Assembly: GCA_964057225.1 (NCBI GenBank)
Contig: OZ059898.1
Location: 13,826,001-13,890,000, forward strand
Length of the DNA: 64,000 bases
From: Auanema rhodensis
Taxonomy: Eukaryota; Animalia; Nematoda
Direction: 5' to 3'
Part shown: piece by piece, positions 12,801-25,200 of the stretch
Layout of the letters: the number at the start of each line of letters is the position of its first letter
How positions within the stretch are numbered: the first letter of the stretch is position 1
Notes under the pieces: model-generated
What the model saw: the letters and a program-made list of their open reading frames with translations, nothing else
Told to the model about the DNA's origin: nothing
Databases searched by the model: none
Program-made: the position numbers and the translations under genes

Positions 12801-15792
12801 AAACCAAAGAACAAAGAATTCGTACTGCTTTGTCAGCACCACTTAAACACTTTTTTGAAAATATTAACGACATAGTTGATACCTGATCATGAAATTTTTA
12901 CATTCTACTACAAACTTAATGCCCTCCTTCATCTCAGCATTATCTCCGTGAATGACAGCCCTTAAAGCCAAAGGAATAGCCTCTTCAAGCTCCAGTTCGA
13001 CGAGAAGCTTTTCCTATAACTCTAATAATGAAAGGATATGCACTCCAATTTACCTTTAGCGCAGCAATATTTTGATTAATCTTTACAACTTTATTATGAT
13101 AGTCTTCATTTCTTTCTTCGTTTTCAAGAAGGATTGCGTTGTCTTGTTGTTGAGAGGTTACCACTAATCGAACGTAAGCTTCCTTTAACTCACGACATAA
13201 CCAAACGGCTGTTTCATCCACTTCAAATTCTCTTAAATAAATGCGTAACATATAACACTACTGTAGTCTTACTCTGGTATTTGCAGGGAAGATAATTTGC
13301 CAGTAATAATAAGCTGAATTAAAATTTTAGCTGATGCCGCAGGGTTAGTATTAATCTGCAGAAGAGCTGCGCAGTAAAGCCTTCAATACAACAATATGAA
13401 TATGAAAACAAAAGCGAACATACTGTGTCAAATCAACACCATCAGAGAGATCTTCGAAAGCACCCTCATCTTTATTTTTATGAGATTCGAGCCAAATCTT
13501 CAAATTACTTATTATCTCTTCCGACTTTTCTTCAAATCGTCGTTCAGCATTACCAACTTCAGCAAATTCTATACTTCGATTGCTTATCAAGGTAATTTTG
13601 AAGATAAAACAAACCTGGATTTTCTTTTCTTAATTCCTCTCGCTTTTTTAATAAGGCTACTAATTCTCGAATATGCACATCATAAGAAAACTATAAAACA
13701 GTAATTTTAAGAAAAAAAACTTAAGCTTCTCATTATACATCATGTCCGAATGGGTTATGAACAAGAAAAGCTGATAAGAAATGAACAGCAGCTTTTCGAA
13801 CATTGACTGATTTGTCGAGTAAACGTTTTCCTAAGATTAATATACTTTTTAATACAAATCAATATATATTCAAAACATACCTAATCGTTTTAAAATACAT
13901 TCTTTATATAAATCTAAAGGAATACAGTTTCTCTCAGCAATTTTTGAAAAAAGCTGAACTGACTTTTGCCTAACCATGGCATTCTGATCTATGAGATGGT
14001 TCTAAAGAAAAACAGTTATGTAATAAGAAATAAAAGCAATAATGTTTACTAGTAATTTCTCAAACATCCTTTCACGTGCTTTGGCCAACCTGCTATAATT
14101 CTGGCAATTTTCGTCTGATAGAGTACTACTGCTAATCATTTCAGCAAAAGCGGATAATGCAGCTGTTCGTAACTGATGAGGCTAGAAATATAAAAAATAT
14201 CACTATTAATCATGAAGTAACTTACATCTTTTTCTAGATAAGTTGCCAAGCTTGTTAAATGCTTGACCAAAACATTAGCTGCCTTCTCGGCAACTGCCTG
14301 TAAGAAAGATGAAACGGGTCGAATTTGCTGTACATTATCTTGATGTTCAAACTGAGCAACAACATTAAGCATATGCGAGATTAATACATCCATGTCATCT
14401 AAAATTTTGATTATACTTTCATATACAGAACCAATAAACTTACTATTTAGTGAAGCTCCAATTATAGGATCAATGAAAGGATATTGATGAGCATTGGCAG
14501 AATCTTTCAGGTACTCTAATTGACAACTTTTTTCTATTAATGCAGCAGCCATTCCTACAAGTAGGTAATTACAAAATGCATTATGAAACAAGTATACTGT
14601 GATAACAATCAGAACGTATACAAATAGCACGGCACAACTTGAATACATGAATTAGCCATGGCTTCGAGCTAACAAAAATGTTACTAGGATGTTCTAACAA
14701 CTTAAGAACAATATCAGTTAATACCCTAAAAATAGAATAAATCAAGTTTAAATCATTGCAATTAATTAACAAATAAGTTTGTAAACAAAGAATTTACCTC
14801 GTTAGAGATGGGTCGATTTTTCCGGTTCTCCACAAATAATGCAATGCACCTAATCTTTTTTTTCCTTCTCGGTCAAATACGGAAATATCTAGATAGTCTA
14901 TACAAGCGTCAATAACCTTTAAAATAATGAAGCAATTATTGACAAAAACACGAAGTATTACCTCGGGACGAAGCTTAACGTAACGTGTCATTTCAGCATC
15001 TAATTCGACACGAGCTCTACCTTTTTTAATTTGAGCTTTACTTCTACAATAAAACTTGAATATATAAAAAAACTGGTGTGATATGCCTTTTAATATATTC
15101 ATTTTCCAGAAGATGAATCAACCGACCAAATAAATAAATAATCATTAATACTCCATTCCTAACTTGGAGTACTTTATTTGAAGCCTGGGATTAGTAAAAT
15201 GTTCAGTGCACAGGGCAGAGTTGACTTACCTTTCTTTCTGAAGTACAATCAGATTCTAAGTAATTCTTTATGGCGTACACAACGCTAGGATATAACACTT
15301 TGTTACCTGAAAAAATAAAAGTTAATACGAGGTTTCAAAATGTTGCATAACATTGTAACAAATGCTGGAGAGCTGTTAATCGGATTTTCCAATTATCTTG
15401 AGAGTCGATATCAAATATAGAACAGCTCCGTGATAAAGAAAAAAAAGCTGGGAAATATTCTAAAAGTAATATCCATCGGTCGGTATCAACACTATCCGAA
15501 TATTTCGAGTTGAACTCTATAAACAAAATTGAGTAAAATTCGAGTAAGCGTTAAACCATTAAGTTGAACAGTGCAGACATCTTCTGGTAAAACGCTTTGA
15601 ACATAATAGGTTTCTGTATTTTCCATTAATAAATCATCATCTCGCTCAGGAATCTCGAAACTAAAGAAACGTGATTCAACTTCAAAGAGTTCATTAAACG
15701 TACACAAAATTGAAATCACCATTGTCAAAATTGTTTTCCTCTTCTTCATTGTCAGCTGGGTTATCTACGATGGTATCAACATCACTGCTCAT
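9811..15792 (-). CDS. dpy-28: Condensin I HEAT subunit CAP-D2 (Cnd1 domain)
   Basis: LDKSVNVRKAAVHFLSAFLVHNPFG, LRNNLMVAAGDLVFRSPNMVE, VRETAILVLSHITKNQMLKMRGSLADVA and YNMMPDFISRLS. The MxKxxG pattern is CAP-D2-like rather than CAP-D3-like. ATG 15792, stop 9811. Confidence 0.82.
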
Positions 15793-15898
15793 TCTTAACA
15801 TAATGAAACAAGTACAGTGTGGTTTCAAAACAAAAAAGGTGTATAATAGAAATGGAAATAACCAGCACAGTACAGAAAAACCCAGTATGGTATTCTAA

Positions 15899-17195
15899 TT
15901 ACTTTATTAAAAGAGAATCAACTTTAAAACGTGCAGTACCTAGAGACGATGTTAATCGTTTAATTTTTCCTGAAGCTTTATATGCTACAGGTAAAACAGG
16001 AGTATTATGAAATATTAAAAGTTCCTTAGCTGATCCTTCCTGTAATAAATATGATAAAAAGTAAAAAGATCGAAAAATCACCTGTATTAAAAGAATACCA
16101 CCAGCAAACATATGTTCTGGCGAAATAGCTGTTAAATCCTCTGACTCAAGAAAATTTCGTTTGAACCAGTCGTGAATTACTTCTACTGGTGTTTCATCTT
16201 CTGTTCTTCAAATGCCAAACTGATACACATAGAAAAATATAAATACCTTCTTAAAACAGCTTTAGTTAAGGATCTACTGAAATCAGAGCGAACTAACGCT
16301 TCACCACATCCACTCACAGACATTGAATATATACAATCGTTCACATTATCACACCAAACCGCGGAACCATATGTAGTTGAGTGCCCTAATCTCCCTAGAG
16401 TGACAAACAAAAATCAGATCGAATAGATAAGATTTACCAGGATGCTTCAAAAGAATACCTCCACTGGATGAGCAAGCATTTGCAACTCCATTCTAAAAAC
16501 TAAATATGATCGTATTGTTAAATTCTTGTATTGTACTTCGATAGAAACAGCACCAACAGTGTCAAGGCGTAAGTTAGATAAGGAGTTCGATAATTTTTGA
16601 GAAGATTCATTAAAATTAGTTAAAGCATGCGAACTAATTAACAATGATTCATCAATTAACGAAATACCTTAAAAGAAAGATACATAAATAAAAAAACTGA
16701 TAGTACCTGATTTTACCGCAAATTCTTCAGCACCATTGCCAACGAGTACCTGAGGCTTGACTAATCCCGGTACACCTTGATCTATAGCTAAAAGTTTGGA
16801 TACTTCTGAAGGGAAGCGTAAACGTGATACTGAGCCGACAGCTCCAAATCTATAAATACTAGAAGTGTACTGATGTTTTTAAAAACAAAATTCACTTCTT
16901 ACTGGTACTACTCATAAAACACGACTCACATTCTACCTTGCCAGCCCGTGTAAGGTTAGAACCCTTTCCACAATTAAAATATGGGTGAGCTTCCAAATTC
17001 TGAATAGACAAGTAAAAGATAAAAAATATTTATGCTACCATAACAGCTTCAACAACATCATTTCCTTCAATCTTCAAAGCATCAGCACACCATTGAGCAC
17101 AATTTTTTGGATTATTAAAACAAACACCTAAGAGAAACAATATAAATATATATGCATATTCACACCAATTTAGAACCTCCATGAAGTGCAATCAT
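15899..17195 (-). CDS. tasp-1: Taspase-1 / threonine aspartase (type 2 asparaginase, Ntn hydrolase)
   Basis: N-terminus MIALHGG; FNCGKGSNLTRAGKVECE; autocleavage site RLD|TVGAV; GRLGHSTTYGS; SVSGCGEALV. Confidence 0.85.
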
Positions 17196-17573
17196 TGTTT
17201 CTGAAGTTTTTTCTGCATAAATTCTTCAAAGACTATTGAACTGAAGCGATGTTTACAAACAATATCAGTGTTATGGAGAAGAACAGGTATGTCGTGCTTG
17301 AATTTCTTTAAAAAAAAAAACTATTAAAACACTGTTTGTTTATATTCGTACCTCAAAAATTTCTTTATCTGCTTCTCTGATGTCCAGTACCTCAACTGTA
17401 GCACGTGTGTTTTTCTTTTCAAAATAATTTGAAAGATGTTTTTTAAAATGTACGCATAAGGAGCAATCCGTACTTGTATACAATGTGAATTTGTTTATGG
17501 ATTCTTCGTAAAAAGAACTTGATTCAAATCTAGAAATCAAGAAAAGCTTCTGCAAACCACTTAGAAGCCTCAT
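17192..17573 (-). CDS. Glutaredoxin-like protein (DUF836 / C5orf63-YDR286C type), two exons
   Basis: FTLYTSTDCSLC (CxxC). An intron at ~17306-17351 joins to KFKHDIPVLLH...CKHRF, typical of this family. Mitochondrial-like N-terminus; stop TGA 17192-17194. Confidence 0.8.
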
Positions 17574-17754
17574 GTAAATATTAATAGTTTTTAAATTTGA
17601 AATGTTCTCAAAAAGTACCGCTCCAGGACCAATTTTGTAATATTTTCAAATTTATCCGTTAAATCGAAAATATGAGTTCTTTTTTGAATTTCGTATATAT
17701 TGTTTTGAATTCTTCGTATAATTATATTTAATTATTCAGTTTTTACTTATCCGA

Positions 17755-20700
17755 ATGAAGATGCCAGATACCGATAAACTTGATTTGAGTGATATTTCTG
17801 CTGAGACAAAAGAAATTGCTGAGAACGTCTGCAAAGCTATAATTGTATGTGTTTTTCCTTGCTTGTATTTGTATTGCTTGAATTTCAGCATGATGAGGAT
17901 TTGCCTTATGAAGAAGATATTTTAAAAAATCCTTGTTCCTTAAGAAGTTGGCAACGATATATCGATCATAAGAAAAAAACTAAATCTCATTGGAAGCAAA
18001 CCTGCCAGGTTTGTATTCATTTTGAACTATAACATTTAATAATTAGTGTTACTCTAGGTCTATGAACGTGCTCTTAAAGTATTCGAGCGTAGTTATAAGC
18101 TTTGGTATCAATACTTGAGATATCGTAGACGAATTATTAGTCATAAGTGCCCTACCGATGTTTCTTGGCAACATTTATGTGATGCTTACGAGCGTTGCTT
18201 AATTCATTTACATAAGGTTAATCCATTTTTGAAGGATAATTTTATTTTTTTCTATAGATGCCAAGAATATGGATGGACTATTGTGAAATCATGACAAAGC
18301 GTCGTATTATTACGGAAACTAGACGAGTTTTTGATCGTGCGCTAAGGTAAGGAACTAATGTTGATAATTTTTCATAGTCTATACAGAGCCTTGCCTGTTA
18401 CCCAACATATGAGAATTTGGCCTCTTTATATCGAATTTCTAACTAGTCATTCCATTCCTGAAACTACAATTCGTATTTACAGAAGGTTTGTACGCACTAA
18501 ATCGCACAAATAATGATTGATAACTTTAGATATCTAAAATTAAATCCCCGAGCTAGAGAGGAATATGTAACTTATTTAAAGTCAATTGATCAGCTTGACG
18601 AAGCAGCCAAACAACTAGCTATATTAGTTAATGAAGATAAGCCTATTAGTGAGCAAGGAAAGACTGCTCATCAGGTATATAATTAAAAAAAAAACAAAAA
18701 AAAACTTTCGTTTTATAGCTTTGGTCAGAACTGTGCGAACTTATTTCAAAAAATCCTACCAAGGTTCATTCTCTTCAAGTTGATGCTATTATGCGTCAAG
18801 GAATCAGTAAATACTCTGACCAGGTCAGTTACATTATAATATGTTTCCTGTTTTCACGTTTTTGAATTTCAATTTAATGTGAAACAAGCGTCTCTTCATT
18901 GTAATTTTAACACCTGTTCGCTTCGGTTGTGCTAATATGAGTATTATATATTTAAAATAAAATTTATTTTCTAGGTAGGAGTTCTATGGTGTTCATTAGC
19001 TGAATACTATATTAGAGGTGGACAATTCGAAAAGGTAGTTCACTGGTTTAATCATCGATGTTTCAATATTATATTCAGGCTCGTGATGTTTACGAAGAAG
19101 CTATGGCTACAGTTAAGACTGTTCGTGATTTTACTCAAATTTTTGATGCCTATGCTAAATTTGAAGAAAGAGAAACAGCTGCGAGGTATTTCGAATTTTT
19201 TTACAGAATTTTGTACTTCCTTATTAGAATGGACGATGTTGAAGAAGGAGACGATGAAGCTGAGCTTGAATTGGAATGGATGTTTGCCAGGTATGTTGTT
19301 TTTTTAGTATATAAATGTAATTTTGAAAATTAGATTTGAACATTTAATGGGGAGACGTCAGTTACTACTTAATAGTGTGCTATTACGACAAAATCCTCAT
19401 AACTGTCACGAATGGCTGAATAGAGTTAAGCTTTATGAAGGACATCCAGAAAAAGTAATATAAATTTACTTATGCTAAAGCATACTTTACTGTTTTCTTT
19501 CAGCAAATAGATACTTTCCTGGAATCCGTTAAGACGATTAATCCTAAGCTTCAAGTTGGTAAACTTAACCTTGTCTGGATTGAGTTTGCTAAATTTTATG
19601 AACAAGGTGGACAGCTGGACGATGTAATTTGTATATTCTAATATTTACCTCATATCTGTTACTGTTAGGCTCGTAGCATCTTCGAAAAAGCTCTACAAAC
19701 TCCCTTCCTCAAAGTTGATGAGTTAGCCATCGTATGGACAGAGTATGCAGAATTAGAGCTTCGTAACAAGTAAAAAATATTTTAAATACTGTTGTATATT
19801 ATTTTTTCAAGACATGCTGATAAGGCTATATTGATTATGAAGAGAGCTTGTGCTGCACCCCCTCGTCGTGCTAACTACTTTGATGAATCTGAAACTGTTC
19901 AAAACCGGGTTTACAAAAGTTTACGAGTTTGGTCAATGTATGCAGATTTGGAAGAAAGTTTTGGAACGGCATGTTGATGGGTTGTTTTCATTTATTAAAC
20001 GTGTGTTGTTCAGGTGGACGGGACCAAAGCTGTTTACGAAAGAATTATTGATCTTCGAATTGCTACTCCGCAAATTATTATTAACTATGCTATGTTCCTT
20101 GAAGAACATGAATACTTCGAACATGCTTTCAAGGTTAGATTCAAACTGTCTTATATCTCATATCATTCTCGATATATTATAGGCATATGAACGTGGTATT
20201 GCATTATTCAAATGGCCTAATGTTTATGATATTTGGAATTTATACTTAATCAAGTTCATTAAGCGCTATGTAAGAATACAGATGACTATCATTTTGTTTC
20301 TATTTTTTTTCAGGATGGAAAGAAGTTAGAGCGTGCTCGGGATCTTTTTGAACAATGTTTGGAGTCTTGTCCTGCAAAATTCGCCAAAAGTATTTTTTGT
20401 TGTTGAAATAATTGATCAAAACTTAATTTTAAAGATATATTCTTATTGTATGCCAAGTTAGAGGAGAAACACGGATTATCTCGACATGCCATGTCTATAT
20501 ATAATAGAGCTACTAATGCAGTTGAAAAGGAAGAAATGTATGGCATGTTCAATATTTACATCAAAAAGGCGGCAGAAATGTATGGACTACCTCATACTAG
20601 ACCCATTTACGAACATGCTATTAGCATGCTACCTGAAAGTAGATCTCGGTATGATTGTTTGGAAAATTTTCTTTGATTTCTGAGTCGTTTTAGTGATATG

Positions 20701-21346
20701 AGTATGAGATATGCTCAAATGGAACGTGCTTTGGGTGAAATAGATCGTGCTCGTGCCATTTATTCACATTGCTCTGAAATTTGTGATCCAAGAGTAAGAA
20801 TTGTTTTTTTTGGAATGCACTGATGTAATTTTAGGTGCATGGACAATTCTGGGAAACATGGAAAGAATTTGAGGTCAAACACGGAAATGAGGATACTGTA
20901 CGAGATATGCTCCGTATAAAGCGATCTGTACAAGCTACCTATAATACCAATGCTAACTATATGTCCGCCCAAATGATTGCTGCCGGAACTGTACAAGTTG
21001 CCGGGGAAGGAAAGTCTTCCTTGGACTCTATGGCAATGCTTGAAGCTCAGGCAATACAGGTGCAGTTGATTGAGCTTTTCTATTTTACTGTAATACTTTT
21101 TAGGTTGCTGAACAACAACAAAGTGGTGGAAACATCGCATTCATCCGAGGAGCCAGTAAGACAACTCAACAAGATACAACCGAAAATCCGGATGAAATTG
21201 ATATTGATGATGATGCTGATGATGAAGAAGAGGATGAAAAAGGTTTGATATTATAGATTTATTTTGGTTTATTAAACAGTGATTTAGACGTTGATACTCA
21301 ATCGGTACCTTCTGCAGTTTTTGGAGGATTAGCTCCTAAATCTTGA
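17755..21346 (+). CDS. syf-1: Pre-mRNA splicing factor SYF1/XAB2 (HAT repeats)
   Basis: [68 protein letters not shown] and [26 protein letters not shown]; ends [16 protein letters not shown]. Confidence 0.93.
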
Positions 21347-21649
21347 TTCAAAGGATGCTAGATTACTAACATTTGATGAAGTTGGCAGCACTCTATTCTA
21401 AAATTGTTTGTTGTTTTAATTGTATTCCAATCTCTTTCGAAGTATACAAAAATCGGGGAATTTGTTGATGTTATCCGATTTTGTACATTATAAATGTTTA
21501 AATTAAATGTTTGTCCACTACAACAATGCTACATATTAGTATTAAAATCTACACTCAATCAATTCAACGAACAAGATTTCCAATTTTTATTCAAATTTAG
21601 CATGCTTTTTTGAATATTTAGCAAAGTACAAATCACCGTCATATTTAGT

Positions 21650-24600
21650 ATAGAATTATTGAGTTCAAATGATTGTATGCTCTTTGGTGTACTTGGAAAG
21701 TCGTTCTGTTACCGAAAAAAACTATTACAGTTCGATCTCGTGGCGGGCGATGAAGATTTAGCCAATCCTTTACTGGAAGAACTTGATGAAAATAATGTGA
21801 CGTAGCCTATATTTTTATGAAAACATAAGAGGTTTTTATTTTTTTATTTTCTCTCATTTCATTCATGAAGACGTAAGTTATTGGTGAAAAAAGTTGCATT
21901 GACCTTTGAGTAGTAATTGTGAAGTTCTAACATAATTTTTTAAATTTGAAGATAAAACAATAACCTTTTTTTGATGTTCTAAAACGAAAAGCTACATATT
22001 GAGTGAAATTTTTTTCTGCAGCTTAAACTCTTAGTTTTTTGAACTATTCCGGTTTTACTGTCAAAACAAGCAGAAGAAGATCCTGTGGTTTACTTCTATC
22101 CATTAATGTTGAAATTTGTGGTTCTCCGTAGTTAATAAAATTCTGAGCATTCCAGGTCAAAGAATGTTACCCCACTGGTTGTTACAAATAGATTACCAGA
22201 ATCTGAATCTGTCGTTCGACTTATTTGTTTTGTCCCTTGCCTTGTCATCTTGTTTCTGCGGTTATGTAGCGTTTTTCCGCCAACCAAGAATATTGCGTCC
22301 TCAGTTTCTCATTCCTCTTCTCTCTCCTTCTTCATCTCCTTCTGTTTCGCGTTGTTCTTCTGCTTCTTTCTGTTCTTCATTTAATTGTCGAAAAGAGGAC
22401 GGGCGGATGCTTTCGCTTCTGGGTCTCCCGAGGAATGACAAGATTCTCTAGGATCAATGGTCCGTCGCCTATTTGTCCTCTTTTGTCACCCTCAAATGCC
22501 AATTGACAACGTACACACTTGTTGTGGGAGGAGCTGACCTTAGACCTTCATCCAGATTTTCCTACAAACTTTTTTCAATAGACTCAAGCTTTTTGTCTGG
22601 ATATGTTGCAGCTGGTCAAGCTTCCTTGTTCATTCCTGGCTGCTTTTCGTTAGTAGTGTACGGTAGCTTTTGACTTCGAAGCATAATGAAGTTGTTTTTG
22701 CTTTAATATGTTTCTAGGTTACAACTCAACCATTGCCATTTTCTCAGTGAAAACAATGAGAGAAAACTCTTTTTTTTCGAAAGTCGGAGAGAAAATTGAA
22801 AACATAATTAGAACATAACTTGAAAACTTGCCGTAGCGACGTAGCAAAGATCATGACCTTCCACTTCTAGCCAGCAAGGTCTGCTATTAAACTATTATTT
22901 CAAAGTTAAAACTTGAACGTTCCACTATTCACGAGTTTAGAAATACCAAGTTTACATTGATTTCCGTTTTTTTCAGTAATTTAGTAGAATAATGGGAATG
23001 GTGCACGCTGATGTTGCGTGCTATAGTTGTAGTTGAACTACTATCCTATATGTTTGTTGAGTCCAAATCAATTACTGATGAATATCACTCAAATAGTTAT
23101 AACAAATAATATTTAAGACATATATTTAGATTTGTATTCATCATTAACTCACAAACTATTTTAATGCTCAGGTGACATATTGTCTATATTATTCAGACTT
23201 ACAGCCGGATCTTGTAAAGTTCTTATACGGATTATAATACAGAATTTTTTTGTTATTTTTTGATAAACAAGCTTGGGCAAGTCAAAAGCTGTTCCATTGA
23301 CTTCAAAAGCAACTTTTTGATTCGAAAAATATTAAGAAAAGCTGCCAGAACAAGTGACTTATTAGTCATGAAAACTGGGCTCACGAGATGGACGGATGCT
23401 ATTTGACTGTCTATTTCCTCAAGCGTTGTCTTAGCTTTAAGCTCTTTAAGCCCAACCTAACTGTCTCACATTTATTTTAATCCGTTTCTGATATGTTCTT
23501 TCATTTTGTGGTTGAAAGATATGAAATATTTGAAAATGATTACGTATTTCTCATTTGAAACGTTCTCAATTTCTAATCTTTCCTATCTCAATATTTCCAT
23601 TTTAGTTATCCTACTTGGTTATTTACTAAAAAGACAATCGATCATTGAGCCAGGATATTGAAGTCGTTTCTTATGTCCTATGAAGGGCGGCAAATATCCA
23701 CTAATCATAAAGCTTTTCCAATCTTAGTTGACATATGATCGCTCCTTTTTCATCTTTCTGAAAGTTGCTTATACATCAAATTTCCTTTCTGGAAATTCAT
23801 GGTCAACTTTATCAATCTTGTCTATTGAAAACATACCTTCACTATAAGCTATTCTTTTTAAATCCATATAGTACAGACTGTCAAGTTGCTTATCTTCTTC
23901 AGTCAAATTAAAACAATCTTAATGATCATATTACGCTGAAACAATCTTCCATAGTATAATAGCCTTTGATATTCCTGGTTTTCTTGTTCCTCTATATTTC
24001 TTTAACTTTCGGGTCATTCGAAATTTCAGCAGACTTGACATCAAATCCCTCTAGGCTAAAATTGACATGATGTTATACATCCAGAGAGGTCTTTATTCAG
24101 AAGATGTTATAATTATTTCCATTCATTAATCGTTTATTTCTGTTAGTTATAATAAATCATATTATTTACTTTGAATAAGAGTAATGAGATGAAAAACATA
24201 TTTTTTCTATTAATAAACTGCTAGGTCACATTTATTACTCTTCCGTTTGCGGAGGTGCACGTCTCGTGTATTTCTTGGAATTCCTGTTTTTAGCTATTTT
24301 GCATTTATTTTCATTCATACTTAACATTATAAATAGCAATTCAACTTCTCATTTACATTTGTTTCTTTTATTTTCTCATTAAACATCTAAAATTTAACTA
24401 AATATATGCCATTTGTTTCAGCAATAACTGCCCGCTCAGATGTGCGCATGTGATTCGAAGAAGGAATGATAAGCTAGCTTGATTGCTGTGTTGAAGCTGG
24501 CTACAGACTGAGCTCTACTGCATTTCTCCTGCTCACTCCATCATCTTTCTTAGTTGAGCTTATCGCCTTCGTCGGTAGGGTCCATTGACGTCGTCTTTGG

Positions 24601-25200
24601 CGTGCTTTGAACCGTCGCCGCCTCCGTCGTCGATACAGTCGCCAGCTTCATCTCATCCGATCATCGTTATTGTCGTTGTTGTGTCTGGATTTTTATTAGT
24701 TCACGCAGTTCTCAGCCTGAGAGCTTTCAAATACTGGTAAGCAATTATCAAAAGAATTATATAAAAGATATCCTAATATAGTCCCAGCTGGGTCACGGAT
24801 CCGTATAAAATAATTCAATTACACTATTCGATATTCCGTTTCAGCGGTCCAAGATAGCATCTTGGTTTCCATCTTGAAAGTATAATTACTTAGGATCCAT
24901 TTACTTTCAATATACTACTCTTGTCCTTAGGTAATTTATGGCTCATAAAATTAGATTACCTTATCTGCTCGCCTAATGCATATCTCAGTCACAGCCAAAT
25001 TTTCGCAAACTTCTAATCACCTTCAGAACCTATTATCCTTCCGATATACATTACATAAAGGAAATTCTTTTTTCCATCAGCTTTGCAATTCATTTCTCCT
25101 ACTTATTTCTTTCTTTATTGCGTTTTTTAAGATGTTTTAAACATTCTCAGTTGTATTTTATAGTTTCCTCTAGTACTTATAAGCTTGAAGAAATTCATCT
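21650..25200 (-). mobile_element. Highly degraded TE mosaic, probably including a non-LTR RT remnant at ~23640-24100
   Basis: Intronless, ORF-broken sequence. The minus strand has faint RT-like pieces (RPL..ITSC; YMDLKR..AY resembling YxDFxKAFD). Boundaries approximate. Confidence 0.3.

Noticed and set aside
11074-13704. Plus-strand ORFs of 100+ aa
   Set aside because: They are antisense shadows of CAP-D2 exons.
22116-22673. Plus-strand ORFs of 111 and 66 aa
   Set aside because: No motifs; probably the antisense of a decayed TE-derived region.
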